From the NCBI GenBank assembly GCA_963706445.1, contig OY970160.1, positions 1,152,001 through 1,216,000 on the forward strand: DNA of 64,000 nt, read 5' to 3'. Origin of the DNA: an uncultured Nitrososphaerales archaeon. GTDB taxonomy: Archaea > Thermoproteota > Nitrososphaeria > Nitrososphaerales > Gagatemarchaeaceae. This document shows, piece by piece, positions 28,479 to 38,735 of this stretch; the stretch's first letter is position 1, and every line of letters begins with the position of its first letter. Position numbers and translations under genes: made by a program. The notes under the pieces were generated by a model, which searched no databases, had not been told where the DNA came from, and saw only the letters and a list, made by a program, of their open reading frames with translations.

Positions 28479-30878
28479 TTGACAGGCGACCTCGCCGTAG
28501 GCAAGCCGGTCTCCCCTGAAGACACGGTCAGGAAAGTGACCGGGACGGCTCTGTACACCTACGACTGGGACCTGCCTGGGACTCTGCACGCGAAGCTCGT
28601 CACCAGCATCGTGCCTCACGCCAAGATTGTAGGCATCACCCTGGACAGGGCGAAGGAGATCCCCGGCGTCGTGGTCATCCTGACCGGGAAGGACATGCCC
28701 TTCAGGGTCGGGATGTATGCCGGTGACAGGGACCTCCTGGCGGTCGAGAAGGTGAGATGGGCCGGGCACCCGGTGGCTATTGTCGTTGCGGAGACCCTTG
28801 AGGCCGCAGAACGCGCCTCGGAGCTGGTCGACGTGGAATATGAGAACCTCCCAGCTGTCTTCGACCCCGTCCAGGCACTTGGCCCTGACGCCCCCGTCCT
28901 GCACGAAAGGATGGAGGAGTACAAACACGCACCTGTATTTTATCCGGTGCCGGGGACGAACATCGCAAACAAATTCCGCCTCGTCCACGGAGACATCGAG
29001 AAGGGTTTCGAGGAGTCGGACGAAATCCTGGAGGACGAGTTCAAGATCTCGCATGTCAGCCACGCATACATGGAGACGCAGGGGGTCGTAGCTCAGGCGT
29101 TCAGGGACGGCACCTATGAAATCTGGACAGGCTGCCAGTCTCCGTTCGTCGTCAGGCAGATCATCTCGGAATCGCTGAAGGTCCCGTACAACAAGGTGAC
29201 GGTAAGGGTGCCATTCGTCGGAGGAGGGTTCGGAGGTAAGGCCGGGCTCGGATGGGAGGCACTCGTAGCTCTGGCATCGAAGGCCGCCGGATACAGGCCG
29301 GTGAAGCTCGTCCTCTCCCGGAAGGAGAATTTCGCCTCGGCCGCCTCAAGGGAAGGGGTAGTGGCGAACGTAAAGGCGGGTTTCACCCGGGAAGGCAAGT
29401 GCGTGGCCTACAAGGTCAGGTTCGTCCTCGACGCCGGGGCATACGCGGACTACACGGTCAATGTCTCGAGAGCCATGGGGTACTCGGCCGAAGGGGTCTA
29501 CGAGATACCGAACGTTTACTGTGAGTCCCTCGCGGTCTACACGAACAAGATCCCGACCACGGCCATGAGGGGGTTCGGCTATTCGGAGAGCAACTGGGTG
29601 CTCGAGCAGGTGTTCGAAAGGGCGGCGAAGAAGCTCGGCATGGACTCGGCCAAGATCAGGAGGATCAACCTGCTTAGGCCCGGGGAGTCCCACACCGCCA
29701 CTGGGGAGAGGGTGAGGGAGGACGTCGGCGACCCAAGGAAGGTCCTCCAGACGCTGACGGAGGCCATCGACTGGGAAGGAAAGGTCACGCCCCCATCGGA
29801 GCCATGGAAAGTGCGGGCCAGAGGCTTCGCGCTCTGCGTCAAGGGGCCGTCACAGCCTCCTAACGCTTCCTCCTCGGCCATCGTGAAATTTAACGAAGAC
29901 TCTACCATGGACCTCATCGTCGGCACGGGGAACTTCGGCCAGGGGACTACCACGGCGCTTTCGCAGATGGTAGCAGACCAGTTCGGGGTGGCAGTCGGCA
30001 TGGTCCGAGTGGACCCCCTCAGGGACACGGGAAAGTCCGCCTACACATGGCAGACCGTTGGGAGCAGGGGACTGTTCACGGACGGGGTCGCGACACTAAG
30101 AGCGTGCGAGGACGCGAAGAAACAGATCCTCGACCTTGCCTCACAGGTACTGAGGCTCCCAGCTTCAGAGCTGGAGATATCAGAAGGTACGGTGAAGGCA
30201 CAGGGGAGGCCCTGGGTCTCGCTCCCACTCAAGGACCTAGTCTTCGGCTACGTCTACTCCAACGGGAACACCGTGGGCGGACCAGTCATAGGAAGGGGGC
30301 ATTACACGTCCAGCCTCAACAGCTACCTTGATCCACAGACGGGCCAGGGGGTCCCGACGATATTCCACACGTTCGGCGGGACGGCCGTCGAGGTAGAGCT
30401 CGACCTCATCACAGGCGCCATCGAAGTGGCGAAGGCCGCGCAGGTCTTCGACGTGGGGAAGGTGATCAACCCCCTCCTGCTGAAGATGCAGCTGGACGGC
30501 GGGTTCGTCATGGGGATGAGCATCGCCCTATTCGAGAAGATCAAGTTTGACGAGCAAGGGTGGGTCACGAACCCGAACTTCACCAGCTATTACATCGCGA
30601 GGATGAAAGACGCGCCAAAGGAGTTCGTGACAAGGTATGTCGAGACGCCGCAGTTCGACGGGCCCATGGGAGCCCGCGGCATAGGAGAGCTGAGCATGAT
30701 CTCCGTCGCGTCCGCGATCTCCAACGCTATCTACAGGAGCATCGGGGTCAGGCTGAACAACCTGCCCATGAGCCCAGAGGAAGTGTGGTCGGCGGTTTCA
30801 GCCCAAAAACCTGAGCTGATGGAGAAGGCAATGGAAGCCTACGGGAGGGTGGAGACCACCATGAAGGTGCGACCTTGA
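28479..30878 (+). CDS. Xanthine dehydrogenase family molybdopterin-binding large subunit
   Basis: KVTG, HAYMET, GGGFGGK, TAMRGFG, GQG, GARGIGE. Lacks the CODH AYxCSFR and AYRGAGR motifs. Confidence 0.9.
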   Translation: MTGDLAVGKPVSPEDTVRKVTGTALYTYDWDLPGTLHAKLVTSIVPHAKIVGITLDRAKEIPGVVVILTGKDMPFRVGMYAGDRDLLAVEKVRWAGHPVAIVVAETLEAAERASELVDVEYENLPAVFDPVQALGPDAPVLHERMEEYKHAPVFYPVPGTNIANKFRLVHGDIEKGFEESDEILEDEFKISHVSHAYMETQGVVAQAFRDGTYEIWTGCQSPFVVRQIISESLKVPYNKVTVRVPFVGGGFGGKAGLGWEALVALASKAAGYRPVKLVLSRKENFASAASREGVVANVKAGFTREGKCVAYKVRFVLDAGAYADYTVNVSRAMGYSAEGVYEIPNVYCESLAVYTNKIPTTAMRGFGYSESNWVLEQVFERAAKKLGMDSAKIRRINLLRPGESHTATGERVREDVGDPRKVLQTLTEAIDWEGKVTPPSEPWKVRARGFALCVKGPSQPPNASSSAIVKFNEDSTMDLIVGTGNFGQGTTTALSQMVADQFGVAVGMVRVDPLRDTGKSAYTWQTVGSRGLFTDGVATLRACEDAKKQILDLASQVLRLPASELEISEGTVKAQGRPWVSLPLKDLVFGYVYSNGNTVGGPVIGRGHYTSSLNSYLDPQTGQGVPTIFHTFGGTAVEVELDLITGAIEVAKAAQVFDVGKVINPLLLKMQLDGGFVMGMSIALFEKIKFDEQGWVTNPNFTSYYIARMKDAPKEFVTRYVETPQFDGPMGARGIGELSMISVASAISNAIYRSIGVRLNNLPMSPEEVWSAVSAQKPELMEKAMEAYGRVETTMKVRP

Positions 30879-31741
30879 GCTTCGGTTCCCCCTACACGAC
30901 GCTCCCCGACTTCGCATACCACAGGCCGAAGAGCCTCGAAGAGGCGCTGGCGCTGCTGAAGGAGCATGGAGACGAGGCGAAGGTGATGGGAGGAGGAGTG
31001 GGGCTTATCGCGTTCATGAAGGAGAGGCTCATGTCCCCTACCCACGTGATCGACGTCAAGGACATCGCCGAGCTAATGCAGGTCGAAGAAGTGCCGGGCA
31101 AGGGGCTGAGGGTCGGGGCCGCAGTCTCCATCGCCGAGCTCCTGGAAAGCGGGGTACTACGCAAGCATCACTCAGTTCTGCACGAAGCCCTCTCCAGGGT
31201 AGCTGACCCGATGATAAGGAGGAGGGCGACTCTCGTGGGGAACCTATGCGAGGCGATCCCCTGGGTCGACAGCCCCCCCGCGCTTATCGCACTTGGAGCC
31301 AGCGTCGAGGTCGCCGCGCCTGGAGGGGCAAGGACGATACCGGTGTCTGGGTTCATCAGGGGTCCAGTCGACATCGACCTCGGCCCGACGGAGATGGTGA
31401 CTGCCGTGGACATCCCCGTGGTCAACGGGACCAGGAGCGCATTCGAGAAGTTCACCGGAGGCTCGGAGTTCTCCCTCGCTAGTGTGGCCGTGGTAATGAC
31501 GGGTGATGGGAGGAAGCGCCAACCTGTGGTCGTATACGGGGCGGTGAATTCGATTCCCGTGCGGTCGCCTGAGGTGGAGGATGCGATTAGGGATGGGATA
31601 ACCCCCGGGAGCGTCCGCAAGGCGTCAGCCGTCGCCGGCGAGAAGGTCGAATGCGTCGATGACGTCCTCGCTTCGGCCGTATACCGGAGGCATCTGCTCA
31701 AGGTGATCACTGCGCAGGTTCTCAGGAGGATGATGGTATGA
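30875..31741 (+). CDS. Xanthine dehydrogenase family FAD-binding medium subunit
   Basis: YHRPKSLEEA, IRRRATLVGN, YRRHL; TTGA overlap. Confidence 0.88.
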   Translation: MSFGSPYTTLPDFAYHRPKSLEEALALLKEHGDEAKVMGGGVGLIAFMKERLMSPTHVIDVKDIAELMQVEEVPGKGLRVGAAVSIAELLESGVLRKHHSVLHEALSRVADPMIRRRATLVGNLCEAIPWVDSPPALIALGASVEVAAPGGARTIPVSGFIRGPVDIDLGPTEMVTAVDIPVVNGTRSAFEKFTGGSEFSLASVAVVMTGDGRKRQPVVVYGAVNSIPVRSPEVEDAIRDGITPGSVRKASAVAGEKVECVDDVLASAVYRRHLLKVITAQVLRRMMV

Positions 31742-32241
31742 TAGAGATAACGGTAAACGTCAACGGCAGGACTAGGAGGAGGACGATCAAGGATAACGAG
31801 CTCCTTCTAGACTTCCTCAGAGAGAGGCTCGAAGTCAGGAGCGTGAAGGCGGCGTGCTGGAGGGGAGAGTGTGGCCTCTGTACCGTGATGCTGGACGGCG
31901 CCCTGGTGAAGTCTTGCCTGGTACTGGCGGTCGAGGCTGACGGGAAGGATGTCAAGACGGTCGAGGGCATCACCCCCGAAGGAGGACTCACCCCGATTCA
32001 GGAGGCGTTCGTGAACCATGGAGCGGCACAGTGCGGATTCTGCACCCCCGCCTGGGTCCTTGCGACCCACGAGTTACTAAGGAAGAACCCGCACCCCAGC
32101 GAAGCCGACCTCACCGAAGCCACCAGCGGGCTCGTGTGCAGGTGCGGGACCTACAATCAGATTCGCGAAGCCGTCGCCGAGGTGTCCGCTTCGACCGCGA
32201 AGACTCGAAAGCGCGTGGAAGAAAGGCTTCCGCGAAGATAA
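31738..32241 (+). CDS. Xanthine dehydrogenase family [2Fe-2S] small subunit
   Basis: CWRGECGLC...SC, QCGFCTP, CRCGTY. Confidence 0.9.
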   Translation: MIEITVNVNGRTRRRTIKDNELLLDFLRERLEVRSVKAACWRGECGLCTVMLDGALVKSCLVLAVEADGKDVKTVEGITPEGGLTPIQEAFVNHGAAQCGFCTPAWVLATHELLRKNPHPSEADLTEATSGLVCRCGTYNQIREAVAEVSASTAKTRKRVEERLPRR

Positions 32242-32303
32242 GTGCAGTAAACTGAACATCTTCGGGACAACGATTAAAACGCCCGCTGGAAACATGAGTC
32301 TCA

Positions 32304-33044
32304 ATGGTAAAGCCAGCAGTTCCGATTTCGTTCGACTCCTTCAACTTCTCAGTTGAAGAGATAGAGGGGTACCTGGGCGGCATACCGGACAACCCCGCGT
32401 TTCAGAAGGCGTTCGCGCCGAAGACGTACACCATGAAGAGCGGGGAACAGCTCGTCATCCGCGCCGCTGAGAAGAGCGAGGCGCCTGCGATACAGAAGTC
32501 CCTGAAGCCCCTCATCGACAACAAGTACGACAAAGACTTCTATCATCTGGTGGGAGTCAGGACTTATGCCGAGATACTCGCCTGGCAGCAGAACAGACTG
32601 AAGGACACCTACGTCATAGTCGCGACGAAGAAAGACGGGGAGTTGGTTGGTTTGGTCGACCATAGGTTCTGGGACAAGAACGTCGCCATCAGCCTTCACA
32701 CACTCGTCCTCAAGAGGGCAGAGAGGGTGGGAGTGCTGCTCTATGTGTCGAAGATGGAGCACGCCTTCGACGTCGTGGGTGTGAACGAGTGGTGGGCGAC
32801 CTTCGAGAGCCCCTTCGGGTTCAGGCTCGGATTCAGGTTCAACCACGTGACGAAGGCCTGGCCTGAAATGCAGCATGAGCTCGGCGGCGCGAGGATCTTC
32901 TACATCAACAGGCAGCAGTGGGAGGAGTACGTGAAGCCCTTCGCCAAGGGGAAGAACTGGCTCGGTTCGAGGCCCGTGGACAAGAGAACCCTGGCCAAGA
33001 CGAAGCCGTTGAAGCCCACGTCGTCCATCGAGATCGAGTTCTAG
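32304..33044 (+). CDS. Uncharacterised GNAT-fold-like protein, paralog 1
   Basis: GEQLVIRAAEKSEA start of a GNAT-like core; shares VAISLHTL, EWWATxES and MQHELGG with 42644-43372. Confidence 0.6.
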   Translation: MVKPAVPISFDSFNFSVEEIEGYLGGIPDNPAFQKAFAPKTYTMKSGEQLVIRAAEKSEAPAIQKSLKPLIDNKYDKDFYHLVGVRTYAEILAWQQNRLKDTYVIVATKKDGELVGLVDHRFWDKNVAISLHTLVLKRAERVGVLLYVSKMEHAFDVVGVNEWWATFESPFGFRLGFRFNHVTKAWPEMQHELGGARIFYINRQQWEEYVKPFAKGKNWLGSRPVDKRTLAKTKPLKPTSSIEIEF

Positions 33045-33062
33045 GAGACGATCTTTGCAGGT

Positions 33063-33242
33063 TTAGAGGAGCCTGTCTAGGGCGTCGGCTAGCTTCTTGT
33101 CTAGCTTAGGTGCCTGGGTCAGGTCGACCTGGACGCACCTAACGTTCTGGCTTTCAAGAGCCTGCCTGAAAATGTCCAGCCCCAGGTTAAGGACGACGAG
33201 TTCCGACCCGAGAAGCTTTGGCGTCTTCTTGGTCCTAGCCAA
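33063..33242 (-). CDS. FdrA C-terminal domain protein (59 aa, absent from ORF track)
   Basis: Manual translation MARTKKTPKLLGSELVVLNLGLDIFRQALESQNVRCVQVDLTQAPKLDKKLADALDRLL*; TTG start overlaps the fdrA end; resembles the VINxGLxxFxxxL..VxVDW..P tail of FdrA. Confidence 0.75.
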   Translation of the reverse strand: MARTKKTPKLLGSELVVLNLGLDIFRQALESQNVRCVQVDLTQAPKLDKKLADALDRLL

Positions 33243-34827
33243 GGAGGTCCCCCCACCGTCGTTTCAGGCGTGACGAGGCCTGGTCTCCACCGACGACCAG
33301 GGCAGCCTCGGCGGAGAGCAGGGCGTTGCTCGCGAAGAGGGTCGCGCCGGCCGATGTGAGCTTATGGCTCTGCTCACCAAGGGACTGCGGGTCTGAATCG
33401 GTCCCGCAGACGTGTGCCATGACCGCCAACCCGCCGCGCATCGCGACCTCGATTTCGTTCGTGAGGGCTCCTCCGGGGTCCGAAGATGACCCATAGCCCA
33501 GGACCACGTCGAGCATTATTGCAGCCGCGCTTGGGTCTTTGGCCTCTTGGGCGATGCGGAGCCTCCGCAATGTGGGGTCTATCATCGGGTGGGCCCGACC
33601 AGCTGTGAAGAATTCGTCCCCGAGGTCAACTACGCTGTTGTTCTTACTCTTGTTGGGGTCCGGGAGAAGGAACCTGTCTGAAAGAGGTGTGTTGCTGTAC
33701 GCCTCTCCCGTCAGCTCCCTGAAGATCAGAAGCGTTTCGTGGGCCAGGGTGCCGCCACTGTAGAGCCCCCTGACGAACTTCCGCCTTTTCCCGAGGGTTA
33801 AGGCGGAAGCTTTGGAGGCCTTCAATATTTCTTCGAACTCCATCGAGATCCTTCCCTCGAACGCGTCCTCGACCTCTTTCCCCGATGCCCGGGCGGCCCT
33901 GAAGACCGCCGAATGTAGGGTCTTGGCATATGTCATGCGGCCAGGCTTAGCGCTCGGAGCGTCCAGTCCAAGGAAGCACGCGATGACGGGTTTCGTCGTC
34001 TCCTTCTCGACGTGGCTCATCACCTCGTGGATGACCCTCTCCTTGGGGGTCTTTGCGATTATCATCAGCATCTTCGTCCCTTCGTCCTTCTCGAGAACGT
34101 CCAGGCACTCCTTCATCATCAGCCCTCCAACCTTTTCGCTGACGTCGGTCCCCCCGACCCCGAGGGCCGCCGAAACTCCGAGCCCTATCCTGTCGAGCAT
34201 TATGGAGACCTCCTGGATCCCGGTGCCTGCCGATGCCACGATCCCAATGTCTCCCTTCTTCACAGAGTTGGCGAAACCGAGGCCGATGCCGTTGATTATC
34301 GAAGTCCCCGCCCCCGGTCCCATCAGCAGGAGCCCCTTCGACCGAGCGAACTCCTTCAGTTTCAGTTCCTGGTCAGGCGGGACGTGGTCGCTGAAGAGGT
34401 GGACGTTGATACCGTTCCGGAGCAGTTCCATGGACGGCTCGAAGGCCTGGCCCCCAGGGACCGATACTATGGCGAGGTTAGCCCCGCCGAGCCGTTCGAT
34501 GGCCGAGCTCACGCTGTGAAGGACAGTGGTCCTTTGGCCCCCTGAGGCTGCGGGAGGGGCCATGACAAGCTTCTCGACATTCTGCATCACATCGGCGCCG
34601 TCGAAGCCCTGGCGGACCCTGACGGCCATAATCAGGTCCCCGTCCCCGGCAGCGGCCGTTTCCTTCGAAATGAGCCCCAGGTCCTGCAACAGACGCCGGT
34701 TGGTGTCAGTGCCCATGGCGACAACTGCGTCGTCGACTCCGTCTAGCTTCTTCACGTCTTCCGTCAGGCGCATGAGCTGGATGGAGTCGCGGAACAGATT
34801 CCGCTTGACTACGTTTAGTACTGGCAA
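33235..34827 (-). CDS. fdrA: FdrA/YahF family (acyl-CoA synthetase-like; AllF-like) protein
   Basis: FRDSIQLM, MGT, LFSD, MGP..GT, SAGTGIQE, GLYSGGTL, DLGD.FT.GRAHPMIDP, LDVVLGYG. Confidence 0.88.
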   Translation of the reverse strand: MPVLNVVKRNLFRDSIQLMRLTEDVKKLDGVDDAVVAMGTDTNRRLLQDLGLISKETAAAGDGDLIMAVRVRQGFDGADVMQNVEKLVMAPPAASGGQRTTVLHSVSSAIERLGGANLAIVSVPGGQAFEPSMELLRNGINVHLFSDHVPPDQELKLKEFARSKGLLLMGPGAGTSIINGIGLGFANSVKKGDIGIVASAGTGIQEVSIMLDRIGLGVSAALGVGGTDVSEKVGGLMMKECLDVLEKDEGTKMLMIIAKTPKERVIHEVMSHVEKETTKPVIACFLGLDAPSAKPGRMTYAKTLHSAVFRAARASGKEVEDAFEGRISMEFEEILKASKASALTLGKRRKFVRGLYSGGTLAHETLLIFRELTGEAYSNTPLSDRFLLPDPNKSKNNSVVDLGDEFFTAGRAHPMIDPTLRRLRIAQEAKDPSAAAIMLDVVLGYGSSSDPGGALTNEIEVAMRGGLAVMAHVCGTDSDPQSLGEQSHKLTSAGATLFASNALLSAEAALVVGGDQASSRLKRRWGDLLG

Positions 34828-34851
34828 TTGAAAAACCGATGAGCTGAATCG

Positions 34852-34884
34852 TGTTAAGCGTTTCCGTCTCGTAAACGTTTAACA
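34852..34884. promoter_or_regulatory. Back-to-back divergent BRE/TATA promoters (fdrA / DUF1116)
   Basis: TGTTAAGCGTTT-N9-AAACGTTTAACA (11/12 inverted repeat), each arm 25 nt from a TTG start. Confidence 0.55.
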
Positions 34885-34908
34885 GGTATCCGAGGAAAAA
34901 ACGGATCC

Positions 34909-36174
34909 TTGGCTGTTTCAAGGGAAGAGGTCGAGGCGGCGAACCAGAAGGCGGTCGAGAGGATGATGGACTCCGAGCCCACCTGGGTGGACATCGCGCC
35001 CGCCCGGAACAAGCTTGGACTGAAGGGGAAGACCCTCCTACACGCGGGGCCCCCGATGCGGTGGAAGGACGCCAGCGGGCCCATGAGAGGGGCAATCATC
35101 GGGGCGGCGATCTATGAGGGGTGGGCTGAGACCGAGAAGAAGGCCATGGCCCTCGTCGAGGAAAGGGAGGTGACACTCGACTGCGACCACCACCACAACG
35201 CGGTGGGGCCCATGGCCGGGATAATCTCACCGAGCATGCCGGTCTTCGAGCTGGAGGACAAGAAATTCGGAACGAAGACCTACTCGAACATGAACGAGGG
35301 GATTGGGAAGGTCCTCAGGTATGGGGCCTACAGCAGGGAGGTTCTGGATAGGCTGGAATGGATGTCTGATACGGCGGCTCCGGTGCTGCAGGCGACGGTC
35401 AAGGCGATGGTGAGGGCAGGAGGAGGGCTCCCATTGAAGCCGATGATCGCCCAGGCACTTACCATGGGGGACGACTGCCACAACAGGTACGTGGCTACGA
35501 CGTCCCTGTTCGCAAAACAGATAGCGCAGTTCTATGTCAAGACAGGGTTCGACCCCAAGACACTCTCCGATGTGAGCAGGTTCATCGATGGGAACAATTT
35601 CACGATGCTCAACATGGGGATGGCGGCCGGCAAGGCCATGACATTGGCAGGGCACAACATCAGGTACAGCACCCTGGTGACAGTGATGTCGAGGAACGGG
35701 ACCGACGCGGGGATCTGGGTCAGCTCGTTGGGTAACAGGTGGTTCACGACGAAAGCCCCTATCCCGAAGGGGCTCTGGTTCCCCGGATTCACGGAAGCCG
35801 ACGCCAACCCAGACCTCGGGGACAGCTCAATTACTGAGACGGCGGGGTACGGCGGGTTCGCCATGGCGGCCGCCCCGGCGATTGTGTCATGGGTCGGGGG
35901 GAGCGTCCAGGCGGCCCTCGAAGTGACCGAGAGGATGTACGAGATCACCCAGGCCCAGCACAGGCACTTCCTCATCCCCTTCCTCGACTTCAAGGGGACC
36001 CCGGTGGGCATCGACATCCGCAAGGTGCTCAAGACTGGGGTGGCTCCGACCATCAACACCGGGATCGCGCACAGGAAGGCGGGGGTAGGCCAGGTAGGGG
36101 CCGGGACAGTGACCTTCCCCATGCAGGTCTTCAAGGACGCCTTCAGCGCCTACGTAGACAAGTTCGGGGCGTAG
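34909..36174 (+). CDS. DUF1116 / YlbE-YahG family protein (AllG-like)
   Basis: LLHAGPP, AVGPMAGIISPSMPV, NEGIGKVLRYGA, MGDDCHNR, RNG, DLGDSSITETAG, INTGIAH...GQVGAG. Confidence 0.88.
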   Translation: MAVSREEVEAANQKAVERMMDSEPTWVDIAPARNKLGLKGKTLLHAGPPMRWKDASGPMRGAIIGAAIYEGWAETEKKAMALVEEREVTLDCDHHHNAVGPMAGIISPSMPVFELEDKKFGTKTYSNMNEGIGKVLRYGAYSREVLDRLEWMSDTAAPVLQATVKAMVRAGGGLPLKPMIAQALTMGDDCHNRYVATTSLFAKQIAQFYVKTGFDPKTLSDVSRFIDGNNFTMLNMGMAAGKAMTLAGHNIRYSTLVTVMSRNGTDAGIWVSSLGNRWFTTKAPIPKGLWFPGFTEADANPDLGDSSITETAGYGGFAMAAAPAIVSWVGGSVQAALEVTERMYEITQAQHRHFLIPFLDFKGTPVGIDIRKVLKTGVAPTINTGIAHRKAGVGQVGAGTVTFPMQVFKDAFSAYVDKFGA

Positions 36175-36269
36175 GCCAGGGCCCCTGGGCTAGGAAGGCG
36201 CAATCTGCAATCATTGAGGGAGAACGCTTTATACCGTCTGGGACTCCCTTTGGGACGAACCTGAAAGCG

Positions 36270-37793
36270 ATGCAAGAAGAGGGCCTCGTGCTGCAGACGA
36301 AGGGACTGATGAAGAGGTTCGGGAGCCTGCTGGCGGTCAACAACGTCGACTTCGGGCTGAAGAAAGGGGAGATCCACGCACTCCTAGGTGAGAACGGGGC
36401 AGGGAAGTCGACCCTCTGCAACGTCGTCTACGGGTACTACAAGCCTGATGGCGGAGAGGTCATTGTCAAGGGGAAGGAGGTGAAGATCGCCTCCCCCCGC
36501 GACGGGATGCGGGCTGGGATAGGTATGGTGCACCAGGAGCTCATGCTGATACCCAACCTCACCGTACTTCAGAACCTCAGCCTAACAACCGACGTCAAGC
36601 TGACCAAACCGATGCTCGAGCTCGGCGGGATCAAGAGTCAGCTGCTCAAGATGGAAGAGACCTATGGCCTCGCGGTCGACCCCGATGCGCTGATCGAGGA
36701 CCTTTCCGTCGGGGAGAGGCAGCGGGTCGAGATCTTGAAGTGCCTTTTCATCGGGGCCGACATCCTCCTCTTCGACGAGCCCACGAGCTTCCTCTCCGAG
36801 ATAGAGACCGAGAAGTTGTTCGTCAGCCTGAAGAAGATGGCGTCGGAGGGCAGGTCCATAGTCTTCGTCACCCACCACATCGACGAAGTGATGGCCATCG
36901 CCGACAGGATCACCGTGATGAAGCTCGGGAAGGTGGTCGCCACGAAGATGCGTAGCGAGGTGACTCCAGACCAGCTCGCCATGCTCATAGTCGGGCGCGA
37001 GGTGTTGTACAATGTCAAGAAGGTGGCCACGGAGATAGGGAAGACGGTCCTCAAGGTCGACGGGGTGTCCGTCGACAACGACCTCGGGACCCCAGCCCTG
37101 AGAGACGTCTCCTTTGAGCTGAAGGCCGGGGAGATACTCGGCGTGGCGGGCGTGTCCGGCAACGGGCAGCGGGAACTCGACGAAGTCGTTACCGGGATGA
37201 GACAACCCAAGTCTGGGAAGGTCTACCTGGACGGCCAGGACATTACGCGCCACCGCCCCGACGAGGTCCGAAGGGCAGGAGTCGCGCACGTCTGCGAGGA
37301 GCACAAGACGGGGTTCATCTTCGACTTCTCTTTGAAGGAGAACCTAGTGTTGGCGCCTTTCATAGCGGACAGTTTCAAGAAAGGATTCCTGCTCGACGAC
37401 AAGATGCTGAGGGACAAGACGAAGGAGCTGCTGAAGGAGTACAACGTAATGGCACCGTCGGAAGATGCCCCTCTGAGGACATTGAGCGGAGGCAACAAGC
37501 AAAAGTTCCTGCTGGCGAGGGAGCTGTTCTGGGGCCCCAAGGTCATAGTTGCGAACAACCCCACGAAGGGGCTCGACGTCGGATCGGCCGAGTACATCAG
37601 GAACGTCATCATGAGACAGAAGGAGCAAGGAAGGGCAATACTCATGATTTCAGCCGACTTGGACGAGATCCTGGACATGAGCGATAGGATAGCGGTGATG
37701 AATCAAGGGAGGATCGCCAAGATCGTCGATGCCAAGGGAGCAGACATCCGCGAACTTGCTACCCTGATGACTACGTCGGGCGCGAAGGCGTAG
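36270..37793 (+). CDS. Nucleoside/sugar ABC transporter ATP-binding protein (two NBDs)
   Basis: GENGAGKST, LSVGERQRVEILK, DEPT, GVSGNGQ, LSGGNKQK. Confidence 0.92.
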   Translation: MQEEGLVLQTKGLMKRFGSLLAVNNVDFGLKKGEIHALLGENGAGKSTLCNVVYGYYKPDGGEVIVKGKEVKIASPRDGMRAGIGMVHQELMLIPNLTVLQNLSLTTDVKLTKPMLELGGIKSQLLKMEETYGLAVDPDALIEDLSVGERQRVEILKCLFIGADILLFDEPTSFLSEIETEKLFVSLKKMASEGRSIVFVTHHIDEVMAIADRITVMKLGKVVATKMRSEVTPDQLAMLIVGREVLYNVKKVATEIGKTVLKVDGVSVDNDLGTPALRDVSFELKAGEILGVAGVSGNGQRELDEVVTGMRQPKSGKVYLDGQDITRHRPDEVRRAGVAHVCEEHKTGFIFDFSLKENLVLAPFIADSFKKGFLLDDKMLRDKTKELLKEYNVMAPSEDAPLRTLSGGNKQKFLLARELFWGPKVIVANNPTKGLDVGSAEYIRNVIMRQKEQGRAILMISADLDEILDMSDRIAVMNQGRIAKIVDAKGADIRELATLMTTSGAKA

Positions 37794-37799
37794 AGTCGG

Positions 37800-38735
37800 C
37801 TACCCCTTCCGGTACGGCTTCAACAGGAACTTTGGCGCCCTCGCTTTCCTCCCAAAGACGGGGATCAGGACTAGGAGGAAGATGTAGGGGAGCATGTTGT
37901 AGAGTGTGGAGACCGATGCGACGCTGGAGCCGGATATCGAGATGTATTCGTTCTGGAGAGCGTATACTATGTTGAAGGACAGGGCGGCGAATAGGACCCG
38001 ATAGGGTTTCCAGTTTGCGAAATATATCATGGCCAGCACGATGAAGCCTCTTCCCGCGATTATGTTTGTCTCGAACCCGGGGACGAAGTTGCCTGCGAAG
38101 TACGAGCCCGCGACGCCGAACATTACGGCTCCGAACATTATCGCCAGGAACCTGACCTTGTTGACGCTCACCCCCATATTGTCCGCCGCCTTGGGATTCT
38201 CCCCGACGGCTCGCACCCTGAGTCCCAGCGAAGTCCGATTTAGGAACAGGGCGGTCAGGACGACGAGAACAATGGAAAGATAGACCAGAATGTTCTGCTT
38301 GAGCAGGATTATCCCGATGACGGGGACGGTCCCCCAGCCTGAGAAGATTGGCGGCAGGCTGACGTAGTTCGGCGCGGACCCGCTGGAAAAAGCGACATCA
38401 TAGAGTATCAAAGAGAACCCCAGACCAAATAGATAGACGGCGAGCCCCAGGGCTATCTGGTCCAGGCGCACCCGGAGCGCGAAGAACCCAAAGACCACGC
38501 CGAACACACCTGCAATCCCAATGGCGGCGAGAAGCGCGATCCAAGGGTTCCCCGTCACGGCGTCGACGATGAAGGTTGTCACCAGAGACATCAACATGAT
38601 TCCCTCCAACCCCATGTTCGCCACACCTGATTTCTCTGATACGATCTCTCCCATCCCTGCGAACAGGTAGAAGGGTGAGAGTGTGAGGGTGGTCGAGATC
38701 ACGGCAATCGCTACGTCGGAGTAGTTGACTGTCAA
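37800..38735 (-). CDS. Nucleoside ABC transporter permease
   Basis: EKSGVANMGLEG, GLRVRAVGENPKAA, GRGFI, LPY. Confidence 0.88.
   Translation of the reverse strand: MTVNYSDVAIAVISTTLTLSPFYLFAGMGEIVSEKSGVANMGLEGIMLMSLVTTFIVDAVTGNPWIALLAAIGIAGVFGVVFGFFALRVRLDQIALGLAVYLFGLGFSLILYDVAFSSGSAPNYVSLPPIFSGWGTVPVIGIILLKQNILVYLSIVLVVLTALFLNRTSLGLRVRAVGENPKAADNMGVSVNKVRFLAIMFGAVMFGVAGSYFAGNFVPGFETNIIAGRGFIVLAMIYFANWKPYRVLFAALSFNIVYALQNEYISISGSSVASVSTLYNMLPYIFLLVLIPVFGRKARAPKFLLKPYRKG

Noticed and set aside
28479-32241. Aerobic CO dehydrogenase (coxLMS), suggested by nearby coxG and xdhC
   Set aside because: The active-site loop is TAMRGFG, not AYxCSFR (form I) or AYRGAGR (form II), and the gene order is L-M-S.
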